Under the pieces are notes generated by a model, which was not told where the DNA came from, did no database searches, and saw only the letters and a list, made by a program, of their open reading frames with translations. A program made the translations under genes and the position numbers. This document shows, one piece after another, positions 62,316 through 64,000 of a stretch of 64,000 bases of DNA (position 1 is its first letter; each line of letters starts with the position of its first letter). Source of the stretch: Alphaproteobacteria bacterium (GTDB lineage Bacteria > Pseudomonadota > Alphaproteobacteria > SHVV01); assembly GCA_965261735.1 (NCBI GenBank), contig OZ253470.1:3456001-3520000 (forward strand), written 5' to 3'.

Positions 62316-62759
62316 GATTCGCCACTTATTCGAAAAATGCCGGATTGGCAAACGATTGGCGAACACTTTGAATCAAACTCCAGCGCACGTCTGACGCCGT
62401 TCATACAGGATTCGGTCGTGCCGTGGAGGCGGTAGGGGCGGGAGGCGGGCGTGCTTCTGCGGCCCGACCGAATCCTTACTCCTGCCCGCGTGCGCGGTCT
62501 ACGTCGTTCATGTGCCCCAGCTTGGAGCACCACGTCTTGGAGCCATATGGTGCCGGCGGCGGTCTCATGGTAGTCGTTGGACCGCGATGCGACGTGATGG
62601 CGCCGCGCCTCAGCCGGGCCTGATCCGTTCGTGACGGTGTGCGCCACCGACAAGTGGGCAACGTCGCGGGGATCCCTTCCCTCGCCGTGTCGGATAGTTG
62701 GGCCGCCGCAGGGAGCCCGAACAGGCTTCCTACCCACGAAATAGGCATTTCTGTTCCCA

Positions 62760-63445
62760 ATGACCGATAGACTCTTCTTTGCCGAGCCGAGCCGATCACG
62801 AGGCCCGAGGATATTATTCCGCGCCTTGCGAAGCAGGAGTGGCATTGGAAGAAGGGATACTCAGCGTACGAGCTGGCCCATTCCTGGGTGGGAGCGAAAG
62901 GCATTCCTGACCCGGTGGTGGCGGTCCTGCATCAAGCCGAAGAATTCCGGGGCATGGAGCTGATCGAGGGCTTCTTCGAGAAGGAGACCGATCTTCGCTC
63001 CCGCGGGCGGCCAAGCCAGACGGATCTGCTGGCGCTGACTGGCGACGGCGAGGGCTTCGCGGTGCTTGGTGTCGAGGGCAAGGTGGACGAGCCCTTTGGG
63101 CCGCTCATCTCGGAGTGGCTCACCGACGCGTCGGCGAACAAGCGGGCGCGACTGTCGGTTCTTCAAGAGACATTGGGGCTTGCGGATCACAATGTCTCGA
63201 ACCTGCGATACCAGCTTCTACACCGCACGGTAGCGGCGATATACGAAGCGCAGCGCTACAAGGTCCGTCGGGCGTTGATGTTGGTGCATTCGTTTTCTGA
63301 GGGTCATAGTTGGTTCGACGATTTCCGGGTGTTCGCCGACGCCATCGGCACACCTGTCTCCGGCACGAATGAGCTTTCCGCGGAGGTCGAGGTCGAAGGA
63401 GTCTCCCTTCGACTGGGATGGGTCACTGATGAGATTTCGCCATAG
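62760..63445 (+). pseudogene. DUF6946-like PD-(D/E)XK nuclease, frameshifted by an extra GCCGA
   Basis: HWKKGYSAYELAHSW, SQTDLL, VEGKVDEPFG, LRYQLLHRT, MLVHSF. Confidence 0.7.
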
Positions 63446-63523
63446 CGCGCCGCCTGCGGTCGTGAGGGCGCTCGCCTATCGCGTGATGCTGAAATATCGA
63501 ACTGGGTCGTGGACCATAGGCAC

Positions 63524-64000
63524 ATGAGCCTCAACACGGCATTTCAGGGGAGCCTCTTCGCCAGCGATTTCCTGTGCGCCGCCATCACCGAATTGCCCGA
63601 CTGGCAGGAACTGGACGACGCGTCGATTGAAGACCTCGAGGCTGCGCTGGGCGCGATCTGCGACCGATTCCCGGCCGCCGCATCGCCCAACGAAAGCCAG
63701 ACCGAGGATGATCTGATCTGGCCCGTCCTCGCACGGCTCGGGTGGACGGTGAGCCTGCGACAGCAAAACCTGAGCGCATATGGCGGAGAGGACGTGCCGG
63801 ACGGCCTGCTGTTCGCGGACGAAGCAGCAAGGACCGGGCTAACCGCTTCGCCCAGGAGTGCAAGCGCTACGAGCTTGGCCTCGCGGTAGTGGAGTCCAAG
63901 CGCTGGCTGCGCCCGCTCGACCGCCGCTCCGGGAAGGCCGGCGAGGAGACGGCGCCATCGACCCAGATGCTGCGCTATCTGCGGCGCATCGACGATCTGA
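63524..64000 (+). pseudogene. Type IIG restriction-modification enzyme N-terminus (frameshift near 63828; runs out of the window)
   Basis: NESQTEDDLI.PVL, VPDGLLF, VVESKRW, PSTQMLRYL. Confidence 0.7.

Noticed and set aside
1-64000. CRISPR array or other regularly spaced repeat array
   Set aside because: No repeat-spacer periodicity seen by eye, and no cas genes.

Overview
High-GC, Alphaproteobacteria-like DNA. Most of the window is the right-hand part of a tRNA-Met-integrated conjugative/mobilisable element. Layout: (i) 1-2.6 kb, VirD4/TraG coupling protein and a coupled membrane protein. (ii) 2.6-13.7 kb, decayed cargo: S8 protease, IS and DsbA relics, three PAS-LuxR paralogues each followed by a shared palindrome, a cytochrome P450, Calx-beta/FN3/SwmB adhesin relics and an intact autotransporter-like adhesin. 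(iii) 13.7-18.7 kb, MOBF relaxase-helicase with a candidate oriT. (iv) 18.7-37.1 kb, a leading region transcribed towards oriT: DUF2493, primase, SSB, strawberry-notch protein, an AAA+/unknown/VWA operon with atypical catalytic motifs, DUF2958, a GHKL ATPase and ParB, interspersed with GNA-loop hairpin clusters. (v) 38.7-60.6 kb, an IS-riddled defence island: SNF2-DUF4391-Mod-Res type III R-M with PIN and HicA relics, two NucS-like nucleases, EEP, TIR and a DUF4160/DUF2442 pair. (vi) Tyrosine integrase and the 3' half of tRNA-Met (att site), followed by more accessory genes. No CRISPR array, rRNA or complete tRNA was seen. All family names come from recognising motifs by eye; no database search was run.
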